From NCBI GenBank assembly GCA_038087875.1, contig JAXLNO010000146.1, positions 744,001 to 808,000 of the forward strand: a DNA stretch of 64,000 nt, given 5' to 3'. The DNA comes from Malacoraja senta. Its lineage: Eukaryota. Positions 12,119 to 24,785 of the stretch are shown here, one piece after another. Below the pieces are notes generated by a model. It saw nothing but the letters and a program-made list of their open reading frames with translations. It had not been told where the DNA came from and ran no database searches. The stretch's first letter is position 1. The number at the start of each line of letters is the position of its first letter. Both the position numbers and the translations under genes were made by a program.

Positions 12119-12852
12119 TAGATCATCAAATAGGCACGGTGGTTAAGTCCAGCTTCTTTCACCTAAGGAAGCTGGCAAAGGTGAAGCCCATTCTCGAGCG
12201 GCAGCATTTTGAAACAGTAATCAATGCCTTTATTACATCTAGGCTGGATTACTGTAACGCACTCTATTTTGGAGTTGCACGATCTTCACTGGCTCGTCTC
12301 CAGTTGGTTCAAAATGCTGCTGCTCGCCTTTTAACTGGAACTCGAATGAGGGAGCACATAACGCCAATTCTGGCCTCCCTCCACTGGCTCCCGGTGCACT
12401 TTCGAGTTCATTTTAAAATTCTTTTATTTGCTTTTAAATCTCTAAGTGGGCTCGCCCCGCCTTACCTCTCTGAACTGCTCCACCCATACGCTCCTGCCCG
12501 GTGCATCAGGTCAGCTGATCAGCTGCTCCTGGAGGTACCGAGGTCTTAGCGGAAGCTCAGAGGGGATAGAGCCTTCTCTGTTGCTGCTCCGGCACTCTGG
12601 AACACCCTGTCCATCTTCAAAACCAGTATTAAAACACATTTATATTCCTTGGCTTTTGACACTGCTTGAGACTTTGCTCCTGTTTTTAGTGCTTTTAATG
12701 TTTTTAATTTTATTGTTTTTACTCTTTCGTTTAATGTTTTTATTGTTATGTAATAATTTCTTGTCCATGATTAGTCATGTACAGCACTCTGTTGCAACTG
12801 TGGTTGTTTTTAAAGTGCTCTATAAATAAAGTTATTATTATTATTATTATTT
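12119..12852 (+). mobile_element. L2 fragment, 3' part with (tta)n tail
   Basis: LDHQIGTVVKSSFFHLR...SRLDYCN...LHWLPV; AATAAA followed by (tta)n at ~12825-12852. Confidence 0.9.
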
Positions 12853-13456
12853 AGTATCACCATTTTGTTAATTTGCTTTGTCTTATTATGACTATCATCA
12901 TTACTATCATTACCATTAGTGTTAGCAATGGTATTGGCAGTGCAACTACTATGGCTATTATTTTAACTTTGTATTTATCTATGTATGTTTATCTTACTTT
13001 ATTTCTACTTTCTATTTTTCAAATTATTATTACCATTGTCATTATTACTATTACTATACTTATTTTATTTTATGTTACCTTATGGACACTGAGTGATTCT
13101 GTCGCTTTGGGAGGTGGAAATATTGGGAGTTAAGATCGGATATCTCCATGCGGATGCGAGGACAACGCACCTTGGTGCAATGGGCACTCAAGGTTCAGTT
13201 GAGACATGGGGGATCTCAGGTCTGGAGTCTCAGGTTTGAAAGATGGTTAAATGATATGTGTTTCACTTGTTAGTTGTGTGTGTACGTTTTTTTTTTAAAT
13301 TTTATTTTGTTTTATATATATTTTTCTTTTTTTTATTACTCCTCCCCCCCCCCCCCCCCTCCACATCCCCACTCTCGCAAGCTGGCTTCGATGCGCTCTT
13401 CCGTCTCGTTTTGCAGTACTACAGCGCACTACCCATTCGCTTGGATATAGCTAAGT

Positions 13457-16400
13457 ATGGCCGACACAAACGACACTCTTAGATTTGTCTCGTGGAACGT
13501 GAGAGGGATGGGAAGTCCTACTAAAACTGATAGGATCTTGGCCCATTTGCAACAGCTCAAAGGCGATATATTCTTTATTCAAGAGACCCACCTTCGCAAC
13601 AGAGAGGTAACACGGCTTAAGAGAGGCTGGATTAGTCAATTATTTCACTCGAAATTTAATAATAGGGCTAGGGGCACTGCTATCCTGATTCGTAAGAACA
13701 TTATGTTCGAACCACAGAAAATTGTGGAAGATCCTGCTGGTCGCTTTGTCATGGTGTCGGGCAAACTGCAAGACACACCTGTCATATTGGCCAGCATTTA
13801 TGGACCCAATTGGGATGACAGCTCATTTATAACCAAATTTTTTACATCTCTCCCAAATATTGAAAAATCACCATGTCATTGTGGGTGGAGATTTTAATCT
13901 GGTCCAAGACCCTATACTGGATAGATCTTCGAACAAAGCCTCTACTTTAACTAAATCAGGTAAGACTCTGCATGTTCTTGCCAAACAACTGGGGCTCACA
14001 GACCCATGGAGACTCACATTCCCCACGACTAAATTATTTTCATTTTTTTCCCACGTACATCGTACCTATACTCGTATATACTTCTTTCTCTTAGATAACA
14101 GACTGCTTTCCAAAATCAAATCCAGTGAGTACCATAGCATCGTAATATCAGATCATGCTGCGACCTCCCTCGATCTTCATTTTCGTAAACGAACTAACCC
14201 CTTTAAGTGGAGGTTCAACTCCTCATTACTAGCAGAGGCTAGTAATTCCTGCACTCCCAAATCACCTTATATTTTGAGCTGAATGACTCGCCGGACATAG
14301 AAAGAGGTATACTCTGGGAAGCTTCAAAAGCCTATATTAGGGGCCAACTCATCTCTTTTGTCTCCAACCTGAAAAGAACCGAGACGTTCCAAACGGCAGA
14401 TCTGTTACAAAAAATAAAGGACTTTGATGACAAATATGCATCTGACCCAAACCCTAACCTCTATAGAGAACGCCTTAGGCTACAAACAGACTTTGACCTC
14501 ATGTCCATTAATAAAGCCAAGCTACGACTGCTTAAATCTAGGCAACACTTTTTTGAATCTGGGGATAAAGCTGGGAAGCTTTTGGCCCATCAGGCCAGAA
14601 CAGAGGCAACTTCACGGCTAATTCCAGCCATTAGATCCAGCTTAGGGGAGATTCATACTGATCCTCTTAGAATTAATGAAGCATTTGTTAAATTCTACAC
14701 TGAACTATACACTTCTGACTGTCCTCCCACTGCAGGTGACATGTTCAGTAGTATGACGTTTCCCCGAATTGACGATGAAGCCATGAGAGACTTGGGTGGT
14801 CCCATAACTATAGCTGAGGTCCAAGCAGCCATCACATCGCTGCAAAGCGGAAAGTCACCCGGCCCTGACGGCTTCTCTGTAGTATATAAAGCTTTCTCTG
14901 ATCTCCTCGCACCAGTCCTGAGAGATATGTACAATGAGGCGTTTTTACATCGTCGCCTACCGCCCACCTTGTCGTGGGCTACTATCTCCCTAATTCTTAA
15001 AAAGGAAAAAGATCCCCTGCTTTGTAGTAGCTATAGACCAATCTCACTCCTGAATGTGGACCTCAAAATCCTTTCTAAAACCCTTGCGCTCCGTCTTCAA
15101 CGAGTGATGCCCTCTATTATCTCGTTAGATCAAACAGGGTTTATACCAGGCCGACAGTCTTCCCACAATACTAGTCTCCTTAACATCATCCACTCTTCGA
15201 GTAGTGAGACCCCGGAGATAGTGGTCTCCCTCGACGCCGAAAAAGCCTTCGACAGGGTCGAGTGGAGGTACCTATATGAGGCGATGGACAGGTTTGGCCT
15301 CGGTAACAGTTTTATTCTCTGGGTCAGTCTATTATACTCGTCCCCGGTGGCCTCAGTACAAACAAACGACATACTGTCGCCCCACTTCACCCTTCAGAGA
15401 GGTACCAGACAGGGTTGCCCGTTAACACCACTCCTGTTTGATGTCGCGATAGAACCCCTGGCGGTCTGGTTACGCGCAGAGAAGGGCTTTAAAGGTATTA
15501 CACGGTTTGATACAACTCATAAAGTCTCATTGTATGCGGACGACCTGCTCCTGTACATCTCGAACCCAGTCAGTTCTCTCCCTGTGATTATGAATATTTT
15601 AGAACGGTTTGGTGCGTATTCTGGTTATAAACTTAACTACCAAAAGAGTGAGCTATTACCGATTAACTCATTGGCTAAGCAGCTCCCTCGCTCTTTAACC
15701 TCATTCAAATGGGCAGAGGATGGGTTTCGCTATCTCGGCGTTTTTATCACAATACCCTTATCTGATGTGTTCCGCACAAACTTTCTGCCTCTGGTTGAGA
15801 AAGCCGAAAGAGATTTTGACCGCTGGTCAGTTTTACCGCTATCCCTCGTGGGCCAGATAAATCTGGTTAAGATCGTTATCCTACCCAAATTCCTGTATCT
15901 TTTCCAGCACGTCCCTATACTTATCACTAAATCTTTTTTTGATAAATTAGAAAGGACAATATCTAAATTTTTATGGGGTAGCAAACCGGCTAGAATCCTG
16001 AAAGGCGATACTGCAGTCTCGTAAGAGTGATGTCGGTTTGGCACTTCCTGACTTTAGGCGATACTATTGGGCAGCTAACTTGCAAAAACTCCTGTATTGG
16101 ATGAATGATGATTGCGACCACCTACCAACCTGGGTATACATGGAAAAGGCGAGTTCACGTCTCAGGTTGCGGTCTGTCCTATGCTCCCAACTCCCCCTTT
16201 CTATAACATCTGTGGGTGCAGGCCCAATTGCGTCCCTTTCGCTCAAGATATGGCGTCAATTCAGGAAAAACCTCGGTTTACAAGGCCCTTCCATCTTGAC
16301 CCCACTGCTTAAAAATCACATTTTTAAACCTTCAAGTACAGACCACACATTCAAAACCTGGCATAGCAACGGTATCAGTAGTATCAAAAACCTATACAAG

Positions 16401-17237
16401 GATGGCATCTTTTCGTCTTTCGTGGAGCTCTCGTCTAACTACAACCTCCCAAACTCTCACCTTTTTCGGTTTTTCCAGATTAGGGATTTTGTGAAGAAGA
16501 CATTCCCCTATTTCCCAAATCGCCCTCCTGAAACCCTGACTGATACCATCTTAGCTTTAGATCCCAACCGGAAGAAATGCATCTCTATTTTGTATAATTT
16601 GCTAGGGTCGGTTTTATTGAAACCTCATACCTCATTAAAAGCTGCGTGGGAGGGAGAGCTGAATACGAAACTAACAGACCAGCAATGGGACTCTGCCTTG
16701 GATTTGATCCATTCTTCCTCCATATGTGCCCGTCATGGCCTAATCCAATGCAAAGTCCTTTACAAAGTCCACCACACAAATGCAAGATTAGCTAGAATGT
16801 ACCCAGCTGTTAGGGACACCTGCAACAGAGGTAATCAATCTCCCGCCAACCATAGCCATATGTTTTGGTCTTGCCCTAAGCTAGCAGCCTTTTGGAGGAG
16901 TGCTTTCGAATTGATAAGCAGAGCTTACGACCAGACTATTCCTCCAAACCCAATGTCAGCCATTTTCGGTACCCCTCCCAACACCAACCTCTCTGTTGCG
17001 GTGAAACGTGTCCTAGCTTTTACAACCTTGTTATCCCGGAGACTGATCTTGCTTAACTGGAGGCTCACCTGTCCCCCGACACACGCCCGTTGGATTAAGG
17101 AGGTGCTTTACAATTTGAAACTCGAAAAACTTAGGTTCTCTCTCAAAGGCTCTACCAAGACATTCCTAGATACATGGAACTCTTTCTTTGAACTGGTTAA
17201 CTCTCTTAACTTGTCCCCGAACTCGGAAGAGGACTGA
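13457..17237 (+). pseudogene. L1 ORF2 (APE endonuclease + RT + C-terminal Cys-rich region), several frameshifts
   Basis: SWNVRG, IQETH, GGDFN, SDH; KSPGPDG, YRPISLLN, SLDAEKAFDRVEW, RGTRQGCPL, YADD; HMFWSC; split over ORFs 13457, 13860, 14501 and 16038. Confidence 0.93.
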
Positions 17238-17583
17238 GTGTTCTCCACCATTGTTTTGTTCTACAGCAGCTGCTTTCCCCTTAATCCCCCCCTCCCCACA
17301 ATTATTTATTTAAATATATATATATATTTTTTCTTTTTTTCTTTTTCTTTTTTATAGCACATTTTGTTTCGTTTATTTTACCATTTGTGTGTGGACGTGT
17401 ACGTATGTGAGTGTTGTTTTCCCCGTTTGGTTCCGACCTGACTTGGGTGGGTTGAAGGTGGGTAAGGGTAAGGGTTTTGAGGATCGCTTACATACTGTTG
17501 CACAATTATGCCTTGACTGTCACTGTCTGTTATTATAGTATGAATGCAAATTGCTGTGAAATTCAAATAAAAAGATTTAAATA

Positions 17584-17832
17584 AAACAATACAATTTATT
17601 AATTACCTATACTGCACTGTAACTTCTATTCCTGGTTTTATTCTATTTTAAATATTTTATTTGATTGCTTTTAATTTTGTAATTATTTTATCTGAATAAT
17701 CTAATAATCATTTTATATCTAAATGTAATTTTATATGTTTCTTTCAAATGCTTTAAATATTTTATGTAAAGCACTTTGAATTACCTTGTGGTTGAAAGGC
17801 GCTATAGAAATAAACTTGCCTTGCCTTGCCTT
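17584..17832 (+). repeat. Second copy of the L2 3' UTR (duplicate of ~3287-3541)
   Basis: aaacaatacaatttattaattacc...aataaacttgccttgcc is near-identical to 3287-3541, with only a handful of differences. Confidence 0.92.
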
Positions 17833-17957
17833 ACAAAAGAGAGAGAATATCTGGTTGAGTGTTGTCAGCATTAATTTGAACATTAAAAAGGATTTTAATT
17901 TAGTTGCTGCAAATCTGAAACCTTTCACACACAAACACAATAGACTTCCTTGTGCAG

Positions 17958-18252
17958 AGTTTAGTTTAGTTTAGAGATACAGCACAGAAACAGGCCCTTC
18001 GCCCCACTGAGTCTGCACAAACCAGCAATCCCTGAACATCAACACACTAGGTAAAATTTTTACATTTATACCAAGCCAGCTAACCTACAAACATGTACAT
18101 CTTTGGAGTGTGGGAGGAAACCGAAGATCTAGGAGAAATCCCACGCAGGTCATGGGGAAAAGGTACAAACTCTGTACGGACAAGCATCCATAGCCAGGAT
18201 CGAACCCAGGTCTCTGGCACAGTAAGGCAGTAGCTCTACCGCTACACCCATG
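17958..18252 (-). mobile_element. tRNA-derived SINE (representative copy; related copies near 28430, 29330, 29735, 34615, 34950, 37475, 38110, 44960 and 48855)
   Basis: tRNA-like head (tagcggtagagc...ggttcgatcc, A/B-box-like), a shared body and a (taaac)n tail. Confidence 0.85.
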
Positions 18253-18311
18253 TGCCACCTTTATTTAACAGTCCACAAAATGCAAGTTACTATAAAATTA
18301 TTATCAAAGGA

Positions 18312-18492
18312 GAAAATGTGGTTTGTGCCTCCTAAAATGTGGTGTGTGCCTCCTAAAATGTGGTGTGTGCCTCCTAAAATGTGGTGCGTGCCTCCTAAAA
18401 TGCGGTGCGTGCCTCCTAAAATGCGGTGCGTGCCTCCTAAAATGTGGTGCGTGCCTCCTAAAATGTGGTGCGTGCCTCCTAAAATGTGGTGT
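18312..18492. repeat. 21-bp minisatellite, ~8.5 copies
   Basis: Unit gtgcctcctaaaatgtggtgc. Confidence 0.95.
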
Positions 18493-20079
18493 CCCTCTCC
18501 TAGGAATCTGAGGGGTAACTTTATCACACAAAGGGTGATGGGTGTATGGAACGAGCTGCCAGAAGAGGTAGTTGAGACTGGGACTATCCCAACATTTAAG
18601 AAACAGTTAGACAGGTACATGGATAGGACTGGTTTGGAGGGATATGCACCAAACACAGGCAGGTAGGACTAATGTAGCTGGGACATGTTGGCTGGTGTGA
18701 ACAAGTTGGGTAGAAGGGCCTGTTTCCACTGTATCACTCTATAATCTTTAGAAAATTAAATAGTTCATGTCCAGCATTCAGCTGAATCTGGACGACATTC
18801 GGCGTAGACTAAACAGTGGCAAGTAACATTCATACACAGAAGAATCAAAGATCAGCTCCAAAAATGGAGAATCGAACCGCATACAGATGATGTTCAATCG
18901 CATTAGCATTGCCAAGTTACACCAACATTCTGGAGTCGTCACTGGCCAGAACTCAACTAGATCAAACACAATTACTGTGGCCACAAGAGCTGGTCAGGGG
19001 TTGTAGTAACCCATCTACTCATGTCCCGAAGTTTTCAACCAGATGCAAGGCAGGAGCTTGATAGGATTCTATCCATTTGCATCAATTAATGCCTCTCCAA
19101 CAGCATTCCCATAGTTGAGATCATTATTCAAAGCAGCCCACCTGTTTTGCATTCCACTGAAACAAGCTAGATATTCTTTCCCCACACCTCCATTGTGCTA
19201 GGACTAGCTTGTATAACTCACTTGCAGGTCAAGAAGTCAACAGGACATCATCACATGTACTATGAGGCAGGTGCTCTCTCTTTTGTGGGACGATGAAGGG
19301 AGCCAAGAGGCCATCTCCACTTAAAAACTCATCTCTGCAGCAATTATGCCTTTCGAAGTACGCTCTAGTGCACAAGTATGTAGGTAAAGCGTGGCACCCA
19401 GGGAAGACTTTGTTCTTAAAAGCAAATAGCTTGGAGGAAGGATTTGTAAGAACCAATAAACAATTTGGAAAATACCACAGCTGAGAAAGGTGGGTATAGG
19501 ATCAGGAACATTCAGGAGTTAATATACAAAACCAAAGGTGTATAAAAATGAAGATCACTTGTGGTTGAGGTTTTGTTCCGATTGGGCGGATTAATTATGA
19601 CAGTAACATGAATTAACTAATTTCTCCAACAACAATTCAATCACAATTGTCATAAGCATTTTACCAGATATGACGCTGAGTAATTTGAACAAATCCATCT
19701 AGTGTTGGATGCACTTGCACCAACAGTTACTCTGGGAGATGCAAGATCAGTCTTCCTGAGAGTGAATCCGCAGAAAGCACAGATCTGGAAGAGGTCCCTG
19801 GCCAGAGTGTGGGAGTATCAAATACAATGGAAGCAGAGGATCATTGGGATTATTTTTACTGTAAAAACTGAAGCCAGAGGGAGAAGAGCCATCTTGCTGG
19901 AAGTAGGAGTCTGCTTTTTAACAAGAAAAAGGTTTTAAAAACGGGCAGGAAGAGTCACAGTTTTTTCAGAATTGCTGATTGTGGATGCAGAACATAAGTG
20001 TGAAGCAGGTGTCCGACAGCCTTGTCTAGAGGGGAGGGGGCAGGGGTGGGGAGAAAAAGCCCGGCAAGTGATCTAAAGC

Positions 20080-20640
20080 GTTTATTTCGAGAGAATCAGA
20101 ATATAAAAACAAGGATGTAATGCTGTGGCTTTCGAAGGCACTGGTCAGACTGCATTTGGAGTATTGTGAGCAGTTTTGGGCCTACATCTGAGGTTGGCAT
20201 CCAGAGGTGGTTTACGAGAATGATCCCGGGGACGATTGGGTTAACGTATGAGCGTTTGACCATTCAGGACCTGTACTCACTGGAGTTTGGAAGGACGAGA
20301 GAGGACCTCATTGAAACTTTATGAATAATGATAGGCCTGGATAGGGTGGATGTGGAGAGGATGTTTCCACTAGTGGGAGAGTCTCAGACCACAGGGCACA
20401 GCCTCGGAATAAAAGGACATACCTATAGAAAGATAAGGATGAATTTCTTCAGTCAGAGAGTGGTGAATCTGTGGAATTCATTGCCATAGGTGGCTGTGGA
20501 GGCCATGTCATTGGGTATACCTAAAGCAGAGATTGACATGTTCTTGATTAGGAAGGGTGTCAAAGGTTATGGCAGAAAGTAGGAGAATGGGGTCGAGAAG
20601 GATAGACGAGCCATGATTAAATGGCGGAGTAGACAATGGT
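20080..20640 (+). mobile_element. CR1 LINE 3' fragment (representative of many, e.g. 18495, 22980, 24500, 33870, 44080, 50100, 54500, 62610)
   Basis: Homologous to the 3' ORF2/UTR of the long CR1 at 39500-43950 (HLEYCEQFW, RVVNLWNSL). Confidence 0.8.
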
Positions 20641-22229
20641 TAAACAATGACATATGAACTTTTAAATGCATTTTAAATTGATTACTCAGGAAGGATACAA
20701 GTCACATTTACAACTCTGACGGTGACACAAAAATATCTAGGCTTTGCAAGTAAGGCAATTTGTAATGAGATTTTTAGATTAATTAAAGCAAAAGTGTTTT
20801 GCATACTTCTGGCAGGAGTATTTCGTGGTATTATCAGATGCTTGTAATCATGGGAAATATTAATGCAGTTTGTCACCCATGTTTACATGCAATTCTACAG
20901 TAGTGTCCAATGTCCAATGTTCTAATGACAGTCTAGAGTTGTTTATGACTTGTGTCTGAGTCCTGTCATTGGTTGGAATGACCAGTACCTAAAACCAAGC
21001 ATTCCACATCACCTCATCAGTGGAATCAATGCTACACTGCACGGTGTGCTACCTTAGCAACGGAGAAGGAACAGTAACCCAGCTCTCACCTCTAGAATTC
21101 CATGTAAACTAAATGGTACCATTTTATGGGGGATGTTGGGACAGAGACCGCTGCAGATGTACAAAGGCAATGTTTAACAATTGCAGAACAAGTTGGTTGA
21201 GTAGTCAGTTTAAAAAAGGAACACAGAACCGTTGGAACAAAGAAGCAAAGTATAAAAGGAAGTAAGGTATGCTACGTTTTTACAAATCTCTTCTACACAA
21301 GTCTGCTCGACTGCATTAAACAGCAAGAATTGTATCAAGATGAAAGGCTTCACTTACATGAAAAATCCAAAGAAAGTGGGAAAGGTTAGAGAAGATTAAA
21401 AGGAGTGTTCATAGATCAGTCAGGTACATACGGTTCTTGCCAAAGGCATAAAGGTTTCCAACCAAGAGATACTGATTTAGTGAAAAAGAATCAAAGGCAA
21501 TACTTTTGATCTATTATGTGAAATAGCCAGGCATTGTGAAATAGCCATGTCAAGTATGCCTGAGAATCGCAAGACAATCCATTAATGACTTTGCTTGCCA
21601 GATTACAAAACATTCTTCATTACAGAAACTAAACAAGCATATGGCAAATGTGTTGTGCCTCAGCATTCCGTCCCTCCCTCCTGAATATGAAATTATATTC
21701 CAAGTGCCATAAATACTTTTCTATACCTCAATTAGATGATCTGCACAACATTCCTCTTCAAAGATAAAAGCATAATTCAGTTCCTCCAATATTTTTCTTA
21801 ACATTCAATTAGACCATGACCGAGCAGTACACAGGCCGTCCCAGAGTAACTAATGCCCCACTTACGAGAAACCCATACATGCAGAAAAGCTCCAATACTA
21901 AATTCAAAATTCCGATGTACATTCAAACATTCATTTCTAGGAACGTCAGAACTCGTTTTGTCTCTTTTAACAATTGTTCCTTCTTGTCAGCATTATGTGT
22001 TTTTGTAATGCCATTCATTACAAAATGTAGTAGAATGGTTACCATGGAGTAATTTTTGCCTATTTTCTGACATATACAAAAATCAACATCTGTACAAATG
22101 GAATCCATTTGTTAGTCAGTGAAGGCCTGTGCTCAGATAATTTATGCAAATTTGCTCCGAATCCCTCATTAACCCTCCCACCAAAATTATGATCTAACAT
22201 GGCAGTGAAAGTACCAACTGACCCACAGC

Positions 22230-22479
22230 ATCCAAAAAGCCTTTTGGGGCGAGTGCTCCAGGTTTCCACTGTGTTGTGTGAATCAGACGTCTTGACAGCT
22301 TCAAGGAATCGTAGAGTTGATGACATAGATGATGATGTCCATGCCGGCTGGAAAATAGCTGTCCAAATTCCAGAACTTGATCCGTAGCCTTTCAGGCAGG
22401 CGCACTGTTCATCGTCTTTCAAAATTCCGTAGGTTGCAGAATGGTTCACACAAATTGGAAGAGAGCAAATGGCGCCTCA
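22230..22479 (-). pseudogene. Decayed exon-like segment with small-GTPase (Rab/Arf-like) remnants
   Basis: Acceptor tctctcctgaaatag, then RRHLLSSNLCEPFCNLRNFERR*TVRLPERLRIKFWNLDSYFPAGMDIIIYVINSTIP*SCQDV*; loosely resembles Rab beta2-beta4; the stops are TGA (possible CGA decay). Confidence 0.3.
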
Positions 22480-22899
22480 CTATTTCAGGAGAGAGGGAGA
22501 TAGAAAATGAGGAACTGCAGATCGGTTAGGCTGGCATCAGCATTAGGGAAACACCAGACTGTGGACTGTGGCAGGGTACATAAAAACTAAATCATTTAGC
22601 ATATCCAGCGCACATTTACAACTAGCACACCAAAGATAAAACATACAGTGCTGGTATAACTCAGCAGGTCAGGCCACATCACTGGAGGGAATGAATAGGT
22701 GATGTTTTGGTTGTAATAGGGAAAGCGAGGAAGCAGAAAAAGAGGTGGGAGGGGGATAATGCCTAGCAAGTTATAGGTGGACACAGGTGAGGGGGTTTTA
22801 TTGTCAGATGAGCAGACAAACGCTGGAGATAAAAAAGAGACAAGGCTGTGAGATAATGAAAGAAGAGAAGTAAAATGCAAAACAGAAGGAGGGAGATAA

Positions 22900-23007
22900 T
22901 GGGCTTATATTCACTGGAATTTAGACTGGCCTTTTCTTCACTGGAATTTAGACTGGGCTTTTCTTCACTGGAATTTAGAATGGGCTTATATTTACTGGAA
23001 TTTAGAA
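22900..23007. repeat. ~27-bp tandem repeat x4 at the start of a CR1 fragment
   Basis: tgggctt(a/t)t(a/c)ttcactggaatttaga repeated. Confidence 0.8.
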
Positions 23008-24785
23008 GGATAAGAGAGGATGTTATAGAAACATAACATGTTTAAGGGATTGGACATGCTAGATGCAGGAAAAATATTCCCCATGTTGGGTGAGTCCAGA
23101 AACATGGATCACAGTTTAAGAATAAGGGGTCGGCCATCTAGGACTGAGATGAGGAAAAACTTTTTCACCCAGAGAGTTGTGAATCTGCGGAATTCTCAGC
23201 CACAGATGGCAGTGGAGGCCAATTCAACGGATGTATTCAAGAGAGTTAGATATACCACTTAGGGCTAACGGAATCAAGGGATATGGGGAGAAAGCAGGAA
23301 CAAGGTTATGATTCTGGATGATCAGCCATCATGGTATTGAATGGCTGTTCTGGCTGCAAGGGCAGAATGGCCTACTCCTGCACCTATTTTCAATGTTTCT
23401 ATATAGATAGGATAGAGTGGGTTAAAGAAGAGGGGGATGGTGGGAGAAATGAGTGCATCAGGTGGTGGTGGGGGGGGGGGGGGGGGGTGAGGGTAACAGG
23501 GGGGGGGGGGGAGAGTGGTGGTGAGGGGAACGGACACACACACGAAACAGGAGAGTGGAAGGGCGATGTTACTTAAAATTGGAGAATGCAATATTCATAC
23601 CTTTGAAGCTACCCTAACCGGAATATCAGGTGTTGTTACTCCACTTTGCATTTGGCTTCATTCAGGCAATGGAGGTGGCCCAGGACTGAAAAGGTCAGTG
23701 TGGGAATGGGAAGGGGAGTTCAAGTGGTTAGCAAATGGTGGAATCCAGCGGGCCTTGGTGAACCAAGGGAAAATGTTTGGTGAAATGGCCGCCTCGTCTA
23801 CGCTACTCTTAACCTGCAAAACATACATCAGAGATGTATCGAAGGCCGTCATTAATGTGCCACACAAAATCAAACAAAGTGAAAGGATCTAAGTAAAAGG
23901 ATTGATGCTACGCAGCATCTTGTTTACTGCTCAGGATGTTTCCAGGAATGAAATAATGGAGTGGAATTATGCTAAAATAGATCATCATTGCTTTATTGTT
24001 TAGATATGTTAGTGATGACACTTCTGTGTCAGGAACTTAGCATGAGTCGCTGTCCTCTCCACTACTACACTGGGAACCTGAATGAGGGCCTCAGCCCTCT
24101 CCTGGATCTCCACAGCAAAGAAGTGGTTAAAGTGACATATGGTTTGGTCTAGAATAAGCCATGGTTGTCTGTAAGGGTTGGTAGTGGGTGAAATGGAGAA
24201 CCCTAGTATCTTGTTAAGTTCCTGTTATTCCCAGTCAAGTTAACTCATTGTTCAAAAGATGAGTAGTAATTCCCAATTTTGGTACCACACCTGTTGATCA
24301 TGTTTGTATCCTCTCCAATGCTTCCATGTAGTCATACGTCTTTCCACATATGAAGCAGAATCAGAACTCAGTAACTTTGACATTTTAATTCCGCCTCTCC
24401 AGAAATAAATACTAACCTACGTTGTCTTGAGGACTAACTTCTTGACAACTATGATTAGGAGTGTAAGATCCAGAGGCTCTATGAGATATTTTTTATTGCA
24501 AATGTCTGGAATTGTTAGGTTTGTCTGGGTTAGGGGGTATTAGCTACAGGGAGAGGTTAGTCAGACTTAAGATTGTTTTCTCTCGAACGACAGAGGTTTC
24601 ACCGAGACCTGATAGAAGTATATAAAATGAGAGGCATAGATTGGAGAGAGTCAGAATGTATTTAATCTGCAGGATGGAAAAATCTAATACAAGAGGGCAT
24701 AGCTTTAAGGTGCAGGTAGCAAAGTTCGAATGAGATGTGGAAGATAATTATTATTTTTATTACACAGAGGGTGTTGAGTGCCTAG

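Larger units (their letters stand above)
4436..17586 (+). mobile_element. Near-full-length L1 LINE interrupted by nested insertions in its inter-ORF region
   Basis: G-rich 5' start, ORF1 4596-5345, ORF2 13457-17237, 3' UTR with AATAAA and an A-rich end near 17566-17586. Confidence 0.9.

Noticed and set aside
18250..18666. ORFs with (MWCVPPK)n or (HHILGGT)n repeats
   Set aside because: Translation of a 21-bp minisatellite joined to a CR1 fragment.
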